Assembly: GCA_035524955.1 (NCBI GenBank)
Contig: DATLFG010000064.1
Location: 2,309 to 66,308 of the forward strand
From: Candidatus Limnocylindria bacterium
GTDB lineage: Bacteria; Methylomirabilota; Methylomirabilia; Rokubacteriales; CSP1-6
DNA length: 64,000 nt
Direction: 5' to 3'
The notes below the pieces were generated by a model. It had not been told where the DNA came from and ran no database searches. It saw only the letters and a program-made list of their open reading frames with translations. The translations under genes and the position numbers were made by a program. Below, piece after piece: positions 8,385 to 20,756 of the stretch (the stretch's first letter is position 1; every line of letters begins with the position of its first letter).

Positions 8385-8916
8385 GCCGGCTCCGCGAGCA
8401 GCCGGTCGATCTGCTCCGTCAGGATCTCGTCGGTGACGGCGCCCACGTGCTTGAAGCGCACCCGGCCCTGGCGATCGATGAAGAACGTCTCCGGGACACC
8501 GTAGACGCCGTAGTCCACCGAGACGCGGCCGGCGGGATCGGGCGCGTTGGGGAACGTGTGCCCGAAGCGGTCCAGGAAGCGCCGGGCCGGCTCCTCCTTG
8601 TCCTGGATGTTGATGCCGACCAGGGCGACGCCCCGATCCCGATAGGCCTGCCAGGCGCGCTCGAGGCTCGGGGCCTCGTCGTAGCAGGCGGGGATGCACC
8701 ACGACGCCCAGAAGTTGACGACCACCACCTTGCCGCGCAGGGCGTCGAGGCTGACCGGCTCGCCGTCGAAGGTGGTCAGCGCGAACGTCGCCGCCGGCTT
8801 GCCGACCAGCGGGGAGGGGATGTCGCGCGGGTCGGTGCGGAAGCCGTAGGCCAGGAGCGCCAGCACCGGGACGACCGCGAGCGGGATCGCCCAGCGCAGC
8901 GCGCGGGAGCGCGCGC

Positions 8917-8920
<4 letters not shown>
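8381..8920 (-). CDS. ccmG: Thiol:disulfide interchange protein CcmG/DsbE
   Basis: 179 aa with an N-terminal TM. Thioredoxin fold with WCIPAC active site and [12 protein letters not shown] motif. ATGA-type overlap with ccmF. Confidence 0.9.
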
Positions 8921-10895
<1,975 letters not shown>

Positions 10896-10899
<4 letters not shown>

Positions 10900-11342
10900 G
10901 GTTTGCCCTCGCCGCCCCGCAGCGTCTTGAGCAGCTCCTTGTAGCCGGCCTCGTTCCCGTCGTGGGGCGCCTTGTACTCCTCCGAGTGCTTGGCCATGAT
11001 CGTCGTGGCCTGGAAGTAGCCGTCTTGGCTCCACGTGCCCTCGACCACCGCGCCGCGCGCCTCCGCGAAGAGGTCGGGCGGAGTACCCCGGTGGCGCACC
11101 GGCACCGTGGCCCGGCCGTCCGAGAGGGTGAAGCGCAGGTCGAGGCTCCGCGGATCCCACACGAGGGTGCCCGGCTGGACCATGCCGCCCAGGCGATAGG
11201 CCTTGCCGGCCACCGGCGCCGCGCCCAGCTCGCTCGGGGTGACGAAGTAGACCACCGACTGGGTCACGCCCGCGTACACGAGATAGGCGAGCGCGGCCAC
11301 GATGACGAGGCCGCCCCCCAGGAACTTCGCCTTGCGGTTCAT
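10896..11342 (-). CDS. ccmE: Heme chaperone CcmE
   Basis: 148 aa with an N-terminal anchor and OB-fold body. The AKHSEEY motif matches the heme-binding HxxxY. Confidence 0.9.
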
Positions 11343-11473
11343 GCCGCGCGCGGCTTCGCGGCCCGGCGCGCGGCGAGCGCGCGGGTGCGGCGCGCCAGGT
11401 GGCGCCAGTAGGTGAGCAGCGCGCCGGCGGCGATGCCGTACGCGGCGAGCACGTAGCCCCAGTTGGACGGCAT
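11339..11473 (-). CDS. ccmD: Heme exporter protein CcmD
   Basis: 44 aa, MPSNWGYVLAAYGIAAGALLTYWRHLARR. Single TM. Lies between ccmC and ccmE with overlapping codons. Confidence 0.75.
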   Translation of the reverse strand: MPSNWGYVLAAYGIAAGALLTYWRHLARRTRALAARRAAKPRAA

Positions 11474-12114
11474 CAGGTCTGCTCCTCGAGCCGGGCGATC
11501 TCCATCCGGCGCGCCAGGAAGTAGGCGAACAGCAGGGTGAAGGCCACCCAGTTGACGAAGAGCGCGAGGCCGATCGCGGGATCGATCGGGGACCGCTCGG
11601 GCCCCAGGATCGTGGAGGGCTGGTGCAGTGCCCGCCACCACTTCACCGAGAAGTGGACGATCGGAATATTGACCGCGCCCAGGATGCCGACCACCGCGGC
11701 GTAGCGCGCCCGCGCCTCCGGATCCTCGATCAGGCTGCGCAGCAGCAGGTAGCCCACGTAGACCATGAAGAGCACCGCGGTCGAGGTGAGGCGCGCGTCC
11801 CACGTCCACCACGTGCCCCAGGTCGGCTTGCCCCAGATGGAGCCGGAGACGATGGTGAGCCCGGTGAAGAGCACGCCGATCTCGCCGGCGGCGCCGGCCA
11901 GGCGGTCCCACCCGGCGCGGCGGGTGGCCAGGTAGGCGATGCTGCCCAGCAGCACGAGGAGGAAGGCCAGGTAGGCGGTGAGCACCGCGGGCACGTGGAG
12001 ATACATGATGCGCTGCACGTTGCCCTGCACGGCTTCGCGGGGCGCGTAGCCGAAGCCGGCGGCGAGGCCCGCCGCCAGGCCCAGCACCGTCAGCCAGCCG
12101 AGCGCGCGGGTCAT
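11473..12114 (-). CDS. ccmC: Heme exporter protein CcmC
   Basis: 213 aa, polytopic. WGKPTWGTWWTWDARL W-rich motif. Confidence 0.9.
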   Translation of the reverse strand: MTRALGWLTVLGLAAGLAAGFGYAPREAVQGNVQRIMYLHVPAVLTAYLAFLLVLLGSIAYLATRRAGWDRLAGAAGEIGVLFTGLTIVSGSIWGKPTWGTWWTWDARLTSTAVLFMVYVGYLLLRSLIEDPEARARYAAVVGILGAVNIPIVHFSVKWWRALHQPSTILGPERSPIDPAIGLALFVNWVAFTLLFAYFLARRMEIARLEEQT

Positions 12115-12115
12115 C

Positions 12116-12832
12116 TCAGCCCTCCAGCACGAACTCGAAGGTGAGCACCCCGATCGTGACGTAGACGAGATCGGCGCCGGCCAGCAGCTTGAGCCAGTGG
12201 GCCACGTCGGCGAGCGGCTGGCCCAGCAGCAGGGCCTGGGTCGCGCTCACGGTGGCCAGCAGCACGGGCACCTGCACGGGCAGCAGCAGGACCGGGAAGA
12301 GCAGCTCGCGGGCGCGGAGCTGAGTGGTCATGGCCGCGAAGAGCGTGCCCACCGCGGCGAGCCCGATCGTGCCCAGGCCCAGCACGAGCGCCAGCGGCGC
12401 CGCCGGCGCCCAGAGGTCCACGCCGAAGAAGACGCCGAAGAGCACGACCAGGATGATCTGCACCGCCGCCATCAGCACGCAGTTGCCCGCGAGCTTGCCG
12501 AGGTAGATCGCCGACTTGTCGCCCGGGGTGAGCCGCAGCCCCTCCCAGCAGTCGTTCTCGCGCTCGCCGAGGAAGCTCCGGCCGAGGCCGAGGAGCCCGG
12601 CCAGGATGACACCGAGCCAGAGGAGGCCCGGCACCGCGGCGGCCAGGCGCTCGCGATCCGGGCCCAGCGCGAACTGGAAGAGGAAGAGCAGCAGCAGGCA
12701 GAAGAACAGGAGCGCGTTGGCGTGCTCCTTCGCCCGCCGCTCGATCAGAAAATCCTTCCAAAGGATTATCCAAGCGCGCTTCGCGTAAGACGAAACCGCG
12801 CGGCGGCCGGGCTCCTTCGCGCAAGCGCTCAT
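12116..12832 (-). CDS. ccmB: Heme exporter permease CcmB
   Basis: 238 aa, six hydrophobic segments. Lies between ccmA and ccmC. Confidence 0.8.
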   Translation of the reverse strand: MSACAKEPGRRAVSSYAKRAWIILWKDFLIERRAKEHANALLFFCLLLLFLFQFALGPDRERLAAAVPGLLWLGVILAGLLGLGRSFLGERENDCWEGLRLTPGDKSAIYLGKLAGNCVLMAAVQIILVVLFGVFFGVDLWAPAAPLALVLGLGTIGLAAVGTLFAAMTTQLRARELLFPVLLLPVQVPVLLATVSATQALLLGQPLADVAHWLKLLAGADLVYVTIGVLTFEFVLEG

Positions 12833-12869
12833 CCGAACTGCACTCCCGTTCGGCGGCCGGCACTCCCGC

Positions 12870-13577
<708 letters not shown>

Positions 13578-13584
13578 GTCCGCG

Positions 13585-13616
13585 AAAAAGGGGGGAGACG
13601 GGCGCCCGTCTCCCCC
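13585..13616 (-). terminator. Intrinsic terminator downstream of htpX
   Basis: Perfect GC-rich palindrome GGGGGAGACGGGC/GCCCGTCTCCCCC (13591-13616). On the minus strand it is followed by TTTTT (13589-13585). Confidence 0.75.
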
Positions 13617-13655
13617 GGCCGGCTCACGAGGACTGCCTTGGATCGGACGATCGGC

Positions 13656-14525
13656 CTATCTGGCCTGCGCTCGAGCCATGGCGCGCAGCCGCGCCACCCG
13701 CTCCGCGATCGGCGGATGCGTCGCGAACAGCGTCGTCCAGCCGCCGCCGGTGAGGGGATTGACGATGAAGAGGTGCGCGGTCGCCGGCGTGGCTTCCATG
13801 GGCGCCGTGACCCGGGAGGCCATCTCGAGCTTCTCGAGGGCCTTGGCGAGCCCCCAGGGCTGCCCGGCCATCCGGGCTCCGGAGGCGTCGGCCTGGAACT
13901 CCCGGGATCGCGAGACCGCCATCTGGATCAGCATGGCCGCGATGGGCGCCAGCACGATCATGAGCAGGCCGCCGACGAGGCCGCCGCCCGAGTCGTGCTC
14001 GTCGCTGTCCCGCCGGCCCCCGCCGAAGATCATCGCCCACTGGGCCATGTGGGCCATGTAGGTGATCGCCCCGGCCAGGGTGGCCGCGATGGCCATGATC
14101 AGGGTGTCGCGGTTCTGCACGTGGGAGAGCTCGTGGGCCAGGACCCCTTCGAGCTCGTCCTCGCTCATGATGCGCAGGATGCCTTCCGTGACGGCGATGG
14201 CCGCGTGCTGGGGGTTGCGGCCGGTCGCGAAGGCGTTCGGGGCCTCGCCGGGGAGGACGTAGACCCGCGGCATCGGCAGGCCGGCGCGGGTGACCAGGGT
14301 GCGGACGGTCCGGTAGAGGCCGGGCGCGGAGGCCTCGTCTACCGGCTGGGCGCGGTACATCGCCAGGACGATCTTGTCGGAGAACCAGTAGCTGCCGAAG
14401 TTCATCACCAGGGCCAGCCCGAAGGCCATGACCATGCCGTTCTGACCGCCGAGCGCCCCGCCGATGAGCACGAGCAGCACCGTCAGGGCTGCCAGCAGGA
14501 CACCGGTTTTCATGAGGTTCGCCAT
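13656..14525 (-). CDS. htpX: Membrane zinc protease HtpX
   Basis: 289 aa. HELSH zinc motif, four TM segments, M48 family layout. Confidence 0.9.
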   Translation of the reverse strand: MANLMKTGVLLAALTVLLVLIGGALGGQNGMVMAFGLALVMNFGSYWFSDKIVLAMYRAQPVDEASAPGLYRTVRTLVTRAGLPMPRVYVLPGEAPNAFATGRNPQHAAIAVTEGILRIMSEDELEGVLAHELSHVQNRDTLIMAIAATLAGAITYMAHMAQWAMIFGGGRRDSDEHDSGGGLVGGLLMIVLAPIAAMLIQMAVSRSREFQADASGARMAGQPWGLAKALEKLEMASRVTAPMEATPATAHLFIVNPLTGGGWTTLFATHPPIAERVARLRAMARAQAR

Positions 14526-14546
14526 CCGCTCGCCCTCCCGGTCCGA

Positions 14547-14575
14547 ATGCTAGCAGTCGAGTCCCAGACCGTCAA
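14547..14575 (-). promoter_or_regulatory. Putative sigma70 promoter for htpX
   Basis: Minus strand: TTGACG (14575-14570), 17 nt, TAGCAT (14552-14547). GGGAGG SD lies 8 nt before the ATG at 14525. Confidence 0.5.
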
Positions 14576-14603
14576 GCAAGTGGCGACTTTACGGGCTTTT
14601 GGG

Positions 14604-14632
14604 TTGACAAGGGGTACCCCCACGCTTATACT
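14604..14632 (+). promoter_or_regulatory. Near-consensus sigma70 promoter for yceD-rpmF-plsX-fab
   Basis: TTGACA (14604-14609), 17 nt, TATACT (14627-14632), about 55 nt upstream of the yceD start. Confidence 0.65.
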
Positions 14633-14688
14633 GACGCGTCTGTAAGAAAAACTCCTTACTTGACGGAAGCTTAGGCGAGGTTCTTCAC

Positions 14689-15198
14689 GTGCTGATCCAG
14701 GTAGCCGCCATTCCACCCGAAGGTCTGCGCATCGAGGGGACCGCGGAGTTCCCGCGGCCGTTCCAGGACCATTCCTGGGCGCTCGACGAGCTGGCGCTGA
14801 CGATCGAGAAGGACGGCGACGTCGTCTTCGTCCGCGGGGATCTCACCGCGCGGGTGCCGCTCACGTGCGGGCGCTGCGTCGAGGGCTACACGGTGACCGT
14901 CCATCCGGCCGTGGATGCCCGCTTCGTGCCCATGCCGGCGACGCGCGGGGAGGAGCACGAGCTGGGGGCGGCCGAGCTCGAGACCGACGTCTACCAGCAC
15001 GGCGCGCTCGATCTGACCGCGCTCCTGGAGACCGAGACCACCCTGGCGCTGCCCATGAAGCCGCTCTGCCGGGACGACTGCCGGGGCCTCTGCCCCGTCT
15101 GCGGCGGCAACCGCAACGCCACCGATTGCGCGTGCGAGACGCGCGCGCTCGACTCCCGCTGGGCGGCCCTCAAGGACTGGGCCGGCCGGTCGAGATAG
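14689..15198 (+). CDS. yceD: DUF177 / YceD family protein
   Basis: CGRCVEGY ... CRDDCRGLCPVCGGNRN metal-binding-like Cys pairs. Conserved position upstream of rpmF. Confidence 0.85.
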   Translation: MLIQVAAIPPEGLRIEGTAEFPRPFQDHSWALDELALTIEKDGDVVFVRGDLTARVPLTCGRCVEGYTVTVHPAVDARFVPMPATRGEEHELGAAELETDVYQHGALDLTALLETETTLALPMKPLCRDDCRGLCPVCGGNRNATDCACETRALDSRWAALKDWAGRSR

Positions 15199-15217
15199 CC
15201 CGAACAGGAGCCCTTCG

Positions 15218-15400
15218 ATGCCTCTGCCCAAGCGACGCCACTCCAAGACGCGCGGCCGCAAGCGGCGCACGCACTACAAGATGGTCGCGCCCACGCGCTC
15301 CCTCTGCCCGCAGTGCCGCGAGGTCAAGCCGCCCCACCGCATCTGTCCACACTGCGGCTTCTACAAGGGCCGCGAAGTCATCTCGGTCGAGGGCGAATAG
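15218..15400 (+). CDS. rpmF: 50S ribosomal protein L32
   Basis: MPLPKRRHSKTRGRKRRTHYK... plus CPQC...CPHC zinc ribbon. 60 aa. Confidence 0.95.
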   Translation: MPLPKRRHSKTRGRKRRTHYKMVAPTRSLCPQCREVKPPHRICPHCGFYKGREVISVEGE

Positions 15401-15440
15401 TCTTTCCGGCTGAGCCGGGCCGTGCCATAAGATCGGCGCC

Positions 15441-16466
15441 ATGAAGATCGCGGTCGACGCCATGGGAGGCGACTTCGGTCCCGCCGTCGTCGTCGAGGGC
15501 GCGGTGGCCGCGTGCCGCGAGTTCGGGCTGGCCTCCGTGCTGGTGGGGGACAAGGCGGCGATCGAGCGAGAGATCGTCCGGCTCGGGGCGCAGGAGCTCG
15601 CGATCAGCGTGCGCCACGCCTCGCAGGTGGTCGGCATGGCGGAGGCGCCCTCGCAGGCGCTCCGGCGCAAGCGCGACTCCTCGCTGCGGGTGGCCGCCGA
15701 GCTCGTGAAGGACGGCGAGTGCGGCGCCATCGTCTCCGCCGGCAATACCGGCGCGGCCATGGCCATCAGCATGTTCGTCATGGGACTGCTGCCCGGGGTG
15801 GACCGGCCCGCCATCGCGGCGCCGCTGCCGAGCCTGACCGGATACACCGTGCTCATCGACGCGGGCGCCAACGTGGATCCCAAGCCGCGCCAGCTCTTCC
15901 AGTTCGCGGTCATGGGCCACGTCTACTCGCGCCACATCGTGGGCAAGGACAATCCGCGGGTCGGCCTACTCTCGGTGGGCGAGGAAGAGGGCAAGGGGAC
16001 CGACCTGACCAAGGAGGCCTTCGAGGACCTGCGCGGCTCGTCGCTCAACTTCATCGGCAACATCGAGGGGCGCGACATCTACAACGGCCGCTGCGACGTG
16101 GTGGTGACCGACGGCTTCACCGGCAACGTCTGTCTCAAGGTCTCCGAGAGCCTCGCCGAGATGCTCACCGCGATGATTCGCGAGGAGCTGGGGCGCGACA
16201 TGTTCTCCCTGGCGGGCGCCGCGCTTGCCCGGCGGGCCTTCGCGCGGCTGAAGCGCCGGGTGGACTACACCGAGATGGGCGGCGCCCCTCTCCTCGGCAT
16301 GAACGGGGCCGCCATCATCTGCCACGGCGCCTCGCCGGTGAAGGCGATCAAGAACGCGGTACGCGTGGCCGCCGAGTGGGTTCGCAACGACGTGAACCAG
16401 CACATCAAGACCGCGCTCGAGGCGGAAGCGGTCCTCGCCGAGGGACGGGAGGGAGGCCGGGAATGA
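15441..16466 (+). CDS. plsX: Phosphate acyltransferase PlsX
   Basis: MKIAVDAMGGDFGP N-terminus. 341 aa. Conserved rpmF-plsX-fabH order. Confidence 0.95.
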   Translation: MKIAVDAMGGDFGPAVVVEGAVAACREFGLASVLVGDKAAIEREIVRLGAQELAISVRHASQVVGMAEAPSQALRRKRDSSLRVAAELVKDGECGAIVSAGNTGAAMAISMFVMGLLPGVDRPAIAAPLPSLTGYTVLIDAGANVDPKPRQLFQFAVMGHVYSRHIVGKDNPRVGLLSVGEEEGKGTDLTKEAFEDLRGSSLNFIGNIEGRDIYNGRCDVVVTDGFTGNVCLKVSESLAEMLTAMIREELGRDMFSLAGAALARRAFARLKRRVDYTEMGGAPLLGMNGAAIICHGASPVKAIKNAVRVAAEWVRNDVNQHIKTALEAEAVLAEGREGGRE

Positions 16467-17443
16467 ACCGGGCTCGCATCATCGGCGTGGGCGCCTTCGC
16501 CCCGAAGCGGATCCTGACGAACCGGGAGCTCGAGAAGATGGTCGCGACCTCCGACGAGTGGATCATCCAGCGCACCGGGATCCGCGAGCGGCACATCGTG
16601 GACGAGGGCGAGGGCCCCTCGGACCTGGCGGTCCGGGCCGCGCAGCAGGCGATGGAGCGGGCCCAGGTCACCGCCGAGGAGATCGACTTCATCGTGGTGG
16701 GCACCACCGCCGGGGACATGCACTTCCCCACCACCGCCAACCTCGTCCAGCATCGCCTGGGCTGCCGCAACGCGGGCTCGGTGGACGTCTACGCGGCCTG
16801 CTCGGGCTCGGTCTACAGCCTGTCCATCGGCGCCCAGTACGTCCAGACCGGCAAGTACCGCACCGTGCTGTGCATCGGCGCCGAGTGCCTCTCGCGCATC
16901 ACCGACTTCACCGACCGCGGCACCTGCATCCTGCTCGCCGACGCCGCCGGCGCCGCGGTGCTCCGGCCGTCCCCCGACACCGCCGGCATCATCGACACCG
17001 ATCTCTACTCGGACGGCCGCTACGGGGACCTGCTCATCCAGCCCGCGGGCGGCTCGCTGCGCCCCGCCACCCACGAGACGGTGGACCAGGGCCTGCACTT
17101 CGCCCGGATGAAGGGCAACGAGGTATTCAAGGTGGCGGTGCGGATGTTCGGCGACTGCGCCGAGCGCATCCTGAAGAACAACGGGTTCACCGCCGGCGAC
17201 CTCGACCTCTTCGTGCCGCATCAGGCGAACCTGCGGATCATCGAGGCCGCGGTCAAGCGCCTCAAGGTGCCGATGGAGAAGGTGATGATCAACGTGGAAC
17301 GCTACGGCAATACCGGCGCCGCGTCGGTCTACGTGGCGCTCGAGGAGGCGTGGGCGACCGGGCGGCTCAAGCCCGGCGATCTCGTGCTGATGGCCGCCTT
17401 CGGCGGCGGCTTCACCTGGGGCGCGGCGCTGCTGCGATGGTAG
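16463..17443 (+). CDS. fabH: 3-oxoacyl-ACP synthase III
   Basis: ATGA overlap with plsX. ...AACSGSVY active-site Cys region, ...HQANLRII, and GNTGAASV motifs. Confidence 0.95.
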   Translation: MNRARIIGVGAFAPKRILTNRELEKMVATSDEWIIQRTGIRERHIVDEGEGPSDLAVRAAQQAMERAQVTAEEIDFIVVGTTAGDMHFPTTANLVQHRLGCRNAGSVDVYAACSGSVYSLSIGAQYVQTGKYRTVLCIGAECLSRITDFTDRGTCILLADAAGAAVLRPSPDTAGIIDTDLYSDGRYGDLLIQPAGGSLRPATHETVDQGLHFARMKGNEVFKVAVRMFGDCAERILKNNGFTAGDLDLFVPHQANLRIIEAAVKRLKVPMEKVMINVERYGNTGAASVYVALEEAWATGRLKPGDLVLMAAFGGGFTWGAALLRW

Positions 17444-18387
17444 CCGGCGCCCTCGCCTTCCTCTTCCCCGGCCAGGGCTCGCAGGAGGTCGGGATGGGCC
17501 GCGCGCTCGCGGAGCGCTCGCCCGCCGCCGGCGCGGTGTGGGCCGAGGCGGACGCCGCGCTCGCCTTCCCGCTCTCGACGCTCTGCTTCGAGGGGCCGGC
17601 CGGAGACCTGGCCCTGACCGCCAACACCCAGCCCGCGGTGCTGACCGCGAGCGTGGCCGCCGCCGCCGCGCTGGCCGAGCGGGGCGTGACGCCCGGCCTC
17701 GCGGCCGGCCACAGCCTGGGCGAGTACTCGGCGCTCGTGGTCGCGGGCGCGCTGCGCTTCGCGGACGCGGTGCGGCTGGTGCGCCGCCGCGGCGAGTTCA
17801 TGCAGGAGGCGGTCCCGGTGGGCACCGGCGCGATGGCCGCCCTGCTGGGCGTGGAGCTGGCCGCGGTCGAGCAGCTCTGCGCGGAGGCCGCGCAGGGTGA
17901 GGTGGTGGGGGTGGCCAATATCAACTCGCCGGGCCAGATCGTCATCGCGGGGCACCGCGCGGCGGTCGAGCGCGCGGGCGCGGCGGCCGCGGCGCGCGGC
18001 GGCCGCAAGAGCGTCATGCTGCCGGTGAGCGCGCCCTTCCACTGCGCGCTCATGAAGCCGGCCGCCGACCGCTTGGTCGCAGAGCTCGAGCGGGTCGCGG
18101 TCAGCGACCCGCGCATCCCAGTGATTCGCAACGTGGACGGCGGGGTCACCCGGACCGCCGACGAGGTGAAGCCGTTCCTGATCCAGCAGGTGGCGAGCCC
18201 GGTGCGCTGGACCGCCTGCGTGGAGCGTCTCGCGCGCGAGGGCGCGACCTCATTCGTCGAGGTCGGCCCCGGCCGCGTGCTGACCGGGCTGCTCAAGCGC
18301 ACGCTCGAGGGGGCGCGCGGTCACGCAGTGGAGGATCCCGCGTCGCTCGATCGGGCGGTCGCGGCGGTCGGAGGCGGGGCGGCGTGA
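17437..18387 (+). CDS. fabD: Malonyl-CoA:ACP transacylase
   Basis: FLFPGQGSQ and GHSLGEYSAL motifs. Confidence 0.95.
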   Translation: MVAGALAFLFPGQGSQEVGMGRALAERSPAAGAVWAEADAALAFPLSTLCFEGPAGDLALTANTQPAVLTASVAAAAALAERGVTPGLAAGHSLGEYSALVVAGALRFADAVRLVRRRGEFMQEAVPVGTGAMAALLGVELAAVEQLCAEAAQGEVVGVANINSPGQIVIAGHRAAVERAGAAAAARGGRKSVMLPVSAPFHCALMKPAADRLVAELERVAVSDPRIPVIRNVDGGVTRTADEVKPFLIQQVASPVRWTACVERLAREGATSFVEVGPGRVLTGLLKRTLEGARGHAVEDPASLDRAVAAVGGGAA

Positions 18388-19136
18388 CCACCGGTAAAGC
18401 CCTGGCGGGAAAGGTGGCGATCGTGACCGGCGGCGGCCGGGGCATCGGCCTCGCCATCGCCCGGTTGCTGGCAGAGGACGGCGCCTCCGTGGTAGTCTCT
18501 GGCCGCGACGCGGCGCGTCTCGACGCGGCGGTGAAGGAGCTGGAGGCCCTGGGCGCGCCGGCCCTGGGGGTTCCGGCCGACGCTGGCAAGCGCGAGGACG
18601 TCGACCGCCTGATCGACGTGACCCGGGAGCGCTTCGGGCGCATCGACGTGGTGGTAAACAACGCGGGGATCACGCGCGATCAGCTCCTGGTCCGGATGAA
18701 GGACGACGACTGGGACCAGGTCCTCGACACCAACCTGCGCGGGGTGTTCCTGATGACCCGCGCGGCGGGCAAGGTGATGATGAGGCAGAAGAGCGGGCGT
18801 ATCATCAGCATCGCGTCCACCGCGGGCGCGATGGGCAACCCCGGCCAGGTGAACTACTCGGCGGCCAAGGCGGGCGTGATCGGGCTCACCAAGGCGGCGG
18901 CGCGGGAGCTGGCGCACTGGAACATCCTGGTGAACGCGGTGGCGCCCGGGCTCATCGAGACGGACATGACGGCTGCGATCCCCGCGGAGGCGCGCGAGGC
19001 GATGCTCCAGCAGGTGCCGCTCAAGCGGATCGGCCAGAGCCGTGAGGTGGCGGAGGTGGTGCGGTTCCTCGCCGGCGACGGCGCGACCTACATCACCGGC
19101 CAGACGATCCACGTCAACGGTGGACTGTATATCTAG
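18384..19136 (+). CDS. fabG: 3-oxoacyl-ACP reductase
   Basis: GTGA overlap with fabD. TGGGRGIG cofactor motif, NNAG, YSAAK catalytic motif. Confidence 0.95.
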   Translation: MTTGKALAGKVAIVTGGGRGIGLAIARLLAEDGASVVVSGRDAARLDAAVKELEALGAPALGVPADAGKREDVDRLIDVTRERFGRIDVVVNNAGITRDQLLVRMKDDDWDQVLDTNLRGVFLMTRAAGKVMMRQKSGRIISIASTAGAMGNPGQVNYSAAKAGVIGLTKAAARELAHWNILVNAVAPGLIETDMTAAIPAEAREAMLQQVPLKRIGQSREVAEVVRFLAGDGATYITGQTIHVNGGLYI

Positions 19137-19176
19137 TCCCGGATATCTAATCCCAGCGCGGTCAGGAGGGGAGGGC

Positions 19177-19413
19177 ATGGCGAAGCCGGTCGAGGAACGG
19201 GTCAAGGAGATCATCGTCGAGCAGCTCGGAGTGGAAGAGGACGAGGTACTGCCGGCCGCGAAGTTCATCGAGGACCTCGGGGCCGATTCCCTCGACACCG
19301 TCGAGCTCGTGATGGCCTTCGAGGAGGAGTTCGACCTCGAGATCCCGGACGAGGACGCCGAGAAGATCGCCACCGTCGGGGACGCCATCAGCTACATCAA
19401 GGAGAACCAGTAG
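19177..19413 (+). CDS. acpP: Acyl carrier protein
   Basis: 78 aa. [12 protein letters not shown] phosphopantetheine-attachment motif. AGGAGG SD. Confidence 0.95.
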   Translation: MAKPVEERVKEIIVEQLGVEEDEVLPAAKFIEDLGADSLDTVELVMAFEEEFDLEIPDEDAEKIATVGDAISYIKENQ

Positions 19414-19436
19414 GGCGGGGCGCACGGAGAGGCGAC

Positions 19437-20681
19437 GTGGACGCGCGTCGAGTCGTCATCACCGGGGTGGGGGCGGTCACGCCGATCGGCAACACCGCGG
19501 AGGAGTACTGGACCGCGTTGACGGAGGGGAAATCGGGAATCGGGCCCATCACCCGGTTCGACGCGAGTCTCCTGCCCACCCGGATCGCGGGCGAGGTGAA
19601 GGGCTTCGACTCGCTCCGCTACATCGACAAGAAGGACGACCGCAAGTTCGACCCGTTCCTCAAGTACGCGATGGCCTGCGGGGTGATGGCGGTGGAGGAC
19701 TCGGGCCTGAACCTGGAGCGGGTGGACACGACCCGGTTCGGCGTGCTGGTGGGCTCCGGCATCGGCGGCATCACCACCCTGCTAGAGAGCCACAAGGTCC
19801 TGCTCGAGAAGGGACCGGACCGGGTGTCGCCTTTCTTCATCCCGATGCTGATCGTGAACATGGCCTCCGGCCTCCTCTCGATGCGCTTCGGGGCCAAAGG
19901 GCCGAACTCCTCGGTGGTGACCGCCTGCGCGACCGGCAATCACGCGATCGGCGACGCGACGCGGATCATCCAGCGTGGCGACGCCGACATCATGATCGCG
20001 GGCGGGGCCGAGGCCATCATCATCCCGCTGACCTTCGCGGGCTTCTGCCAGATGAAGGCGATGAGTACCAGGAACGATGATCCGGCCCGCGCGAGCCGGC
20101 CGTTCGACGCGACCCGCGACGGCTTCGTGTGCGGGGAGGGGGGCGGCCTCCTGGTGCTGGAGGCGCTGGACCACGCCCTCGCCCGCGACGCGCGGATCTA
20201 CGCGGAGGTGGTGGGCTACGGCATGACCGGCGACGCCTACCACATGACCGCGCCGGACCCCGAGGCGGACGGCGCCGCGCGGGCCATGACCCTGGCCGTC
20301 CGCGACGCGGGCATCGAGCCGTCCGCGGTCGGCTACATCAACGCCCACGGGACCTCCACGCCCTACAACGACAAGTCGGAGACGATGGCGATCAAGCGCG
20401 TCTTCGGCGAGCACGCCCGGAAGCTCGCGGTCTCCTCCACGAAGTCCATGACCGGCCACCTGCTGGGGGCGGCGGGCGGGATCGAGGCGATCGCCACCGC
20501 ATTCGCGATCCACCACGGGATCCTGCCGCCGACCATCAACTACGAGACACCGGATCCCGAGTGCGATCTCGACTACGTCCCCAACCACGCCCGCAAGCAG
20601 GACGTGGAGGTCGCGCTCAGCAACGCGTTCGGCTTCGGGGGCACGAACGCCACCATCGTCCTCCGGAAGTATCGTCCCTAG
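19437..20681 (+). CDS. fabF: 3-oxoacyl-ACP synthase II
   Basis: 414 aa. ACATG active-site Cys, HGTSTP and GHLLGAAG motifs. Confidence 0.95.
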   Translation: MDARRVVITGVGAVTPIGNTAEEYWTALTEGKSGIGPITRFDASLLPTRIAGEVKGFDSLRYIDKKDDRKFDPFLKYAMACGVMAVEDSGLNLERVDTTRFGVLVGSGIGGITTLLESHKVLLEKGPDRVSPFFIPMLIVNMASGLLSMRFGAKGPNSSVVTACATGNHAIGDATRIIQRGDADIMIAGGAEAIIIPLTFAGFCQMKAMSTRNDDPARASRPFDATRDGFVCGEGGGLLVLEALDHALARDARIYAEVVGYGMTGDAYHMTAPDPEADGAARAMTLAVRDAGIEPSAVGYINAHGTSTPYNDKSETMAIKRVFGEHARKLAVSSTKSMTGHLLGAAGGIEAIATAFAIHHGILPPTINYETPDPECDLDYVPNHARKQDVEVALSNAFGFGGTNATIVLRKYRP

Positions 20682-20685
20682 GAGA

Positions 20686-20751
20686 CTCGGAGGGGGCTGC
20701 GCCCCCTTCCGAACCTCCCCCAACCGCAGAGAGCGCGGGCGGAGCCCGCGC
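20686..20751. repeat. Double-hairpin intergenic element, family 2, copy 1
   Basis: CTCGGAGGGGGCTGCGCCCCCTTCCGAACCTCCCCC ... GCGCGGGC-GGA-GCCCGCGC, immediately after the fabF stop. Confidence 0.8.
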
Positions 20752-20756
20752 GGAAA

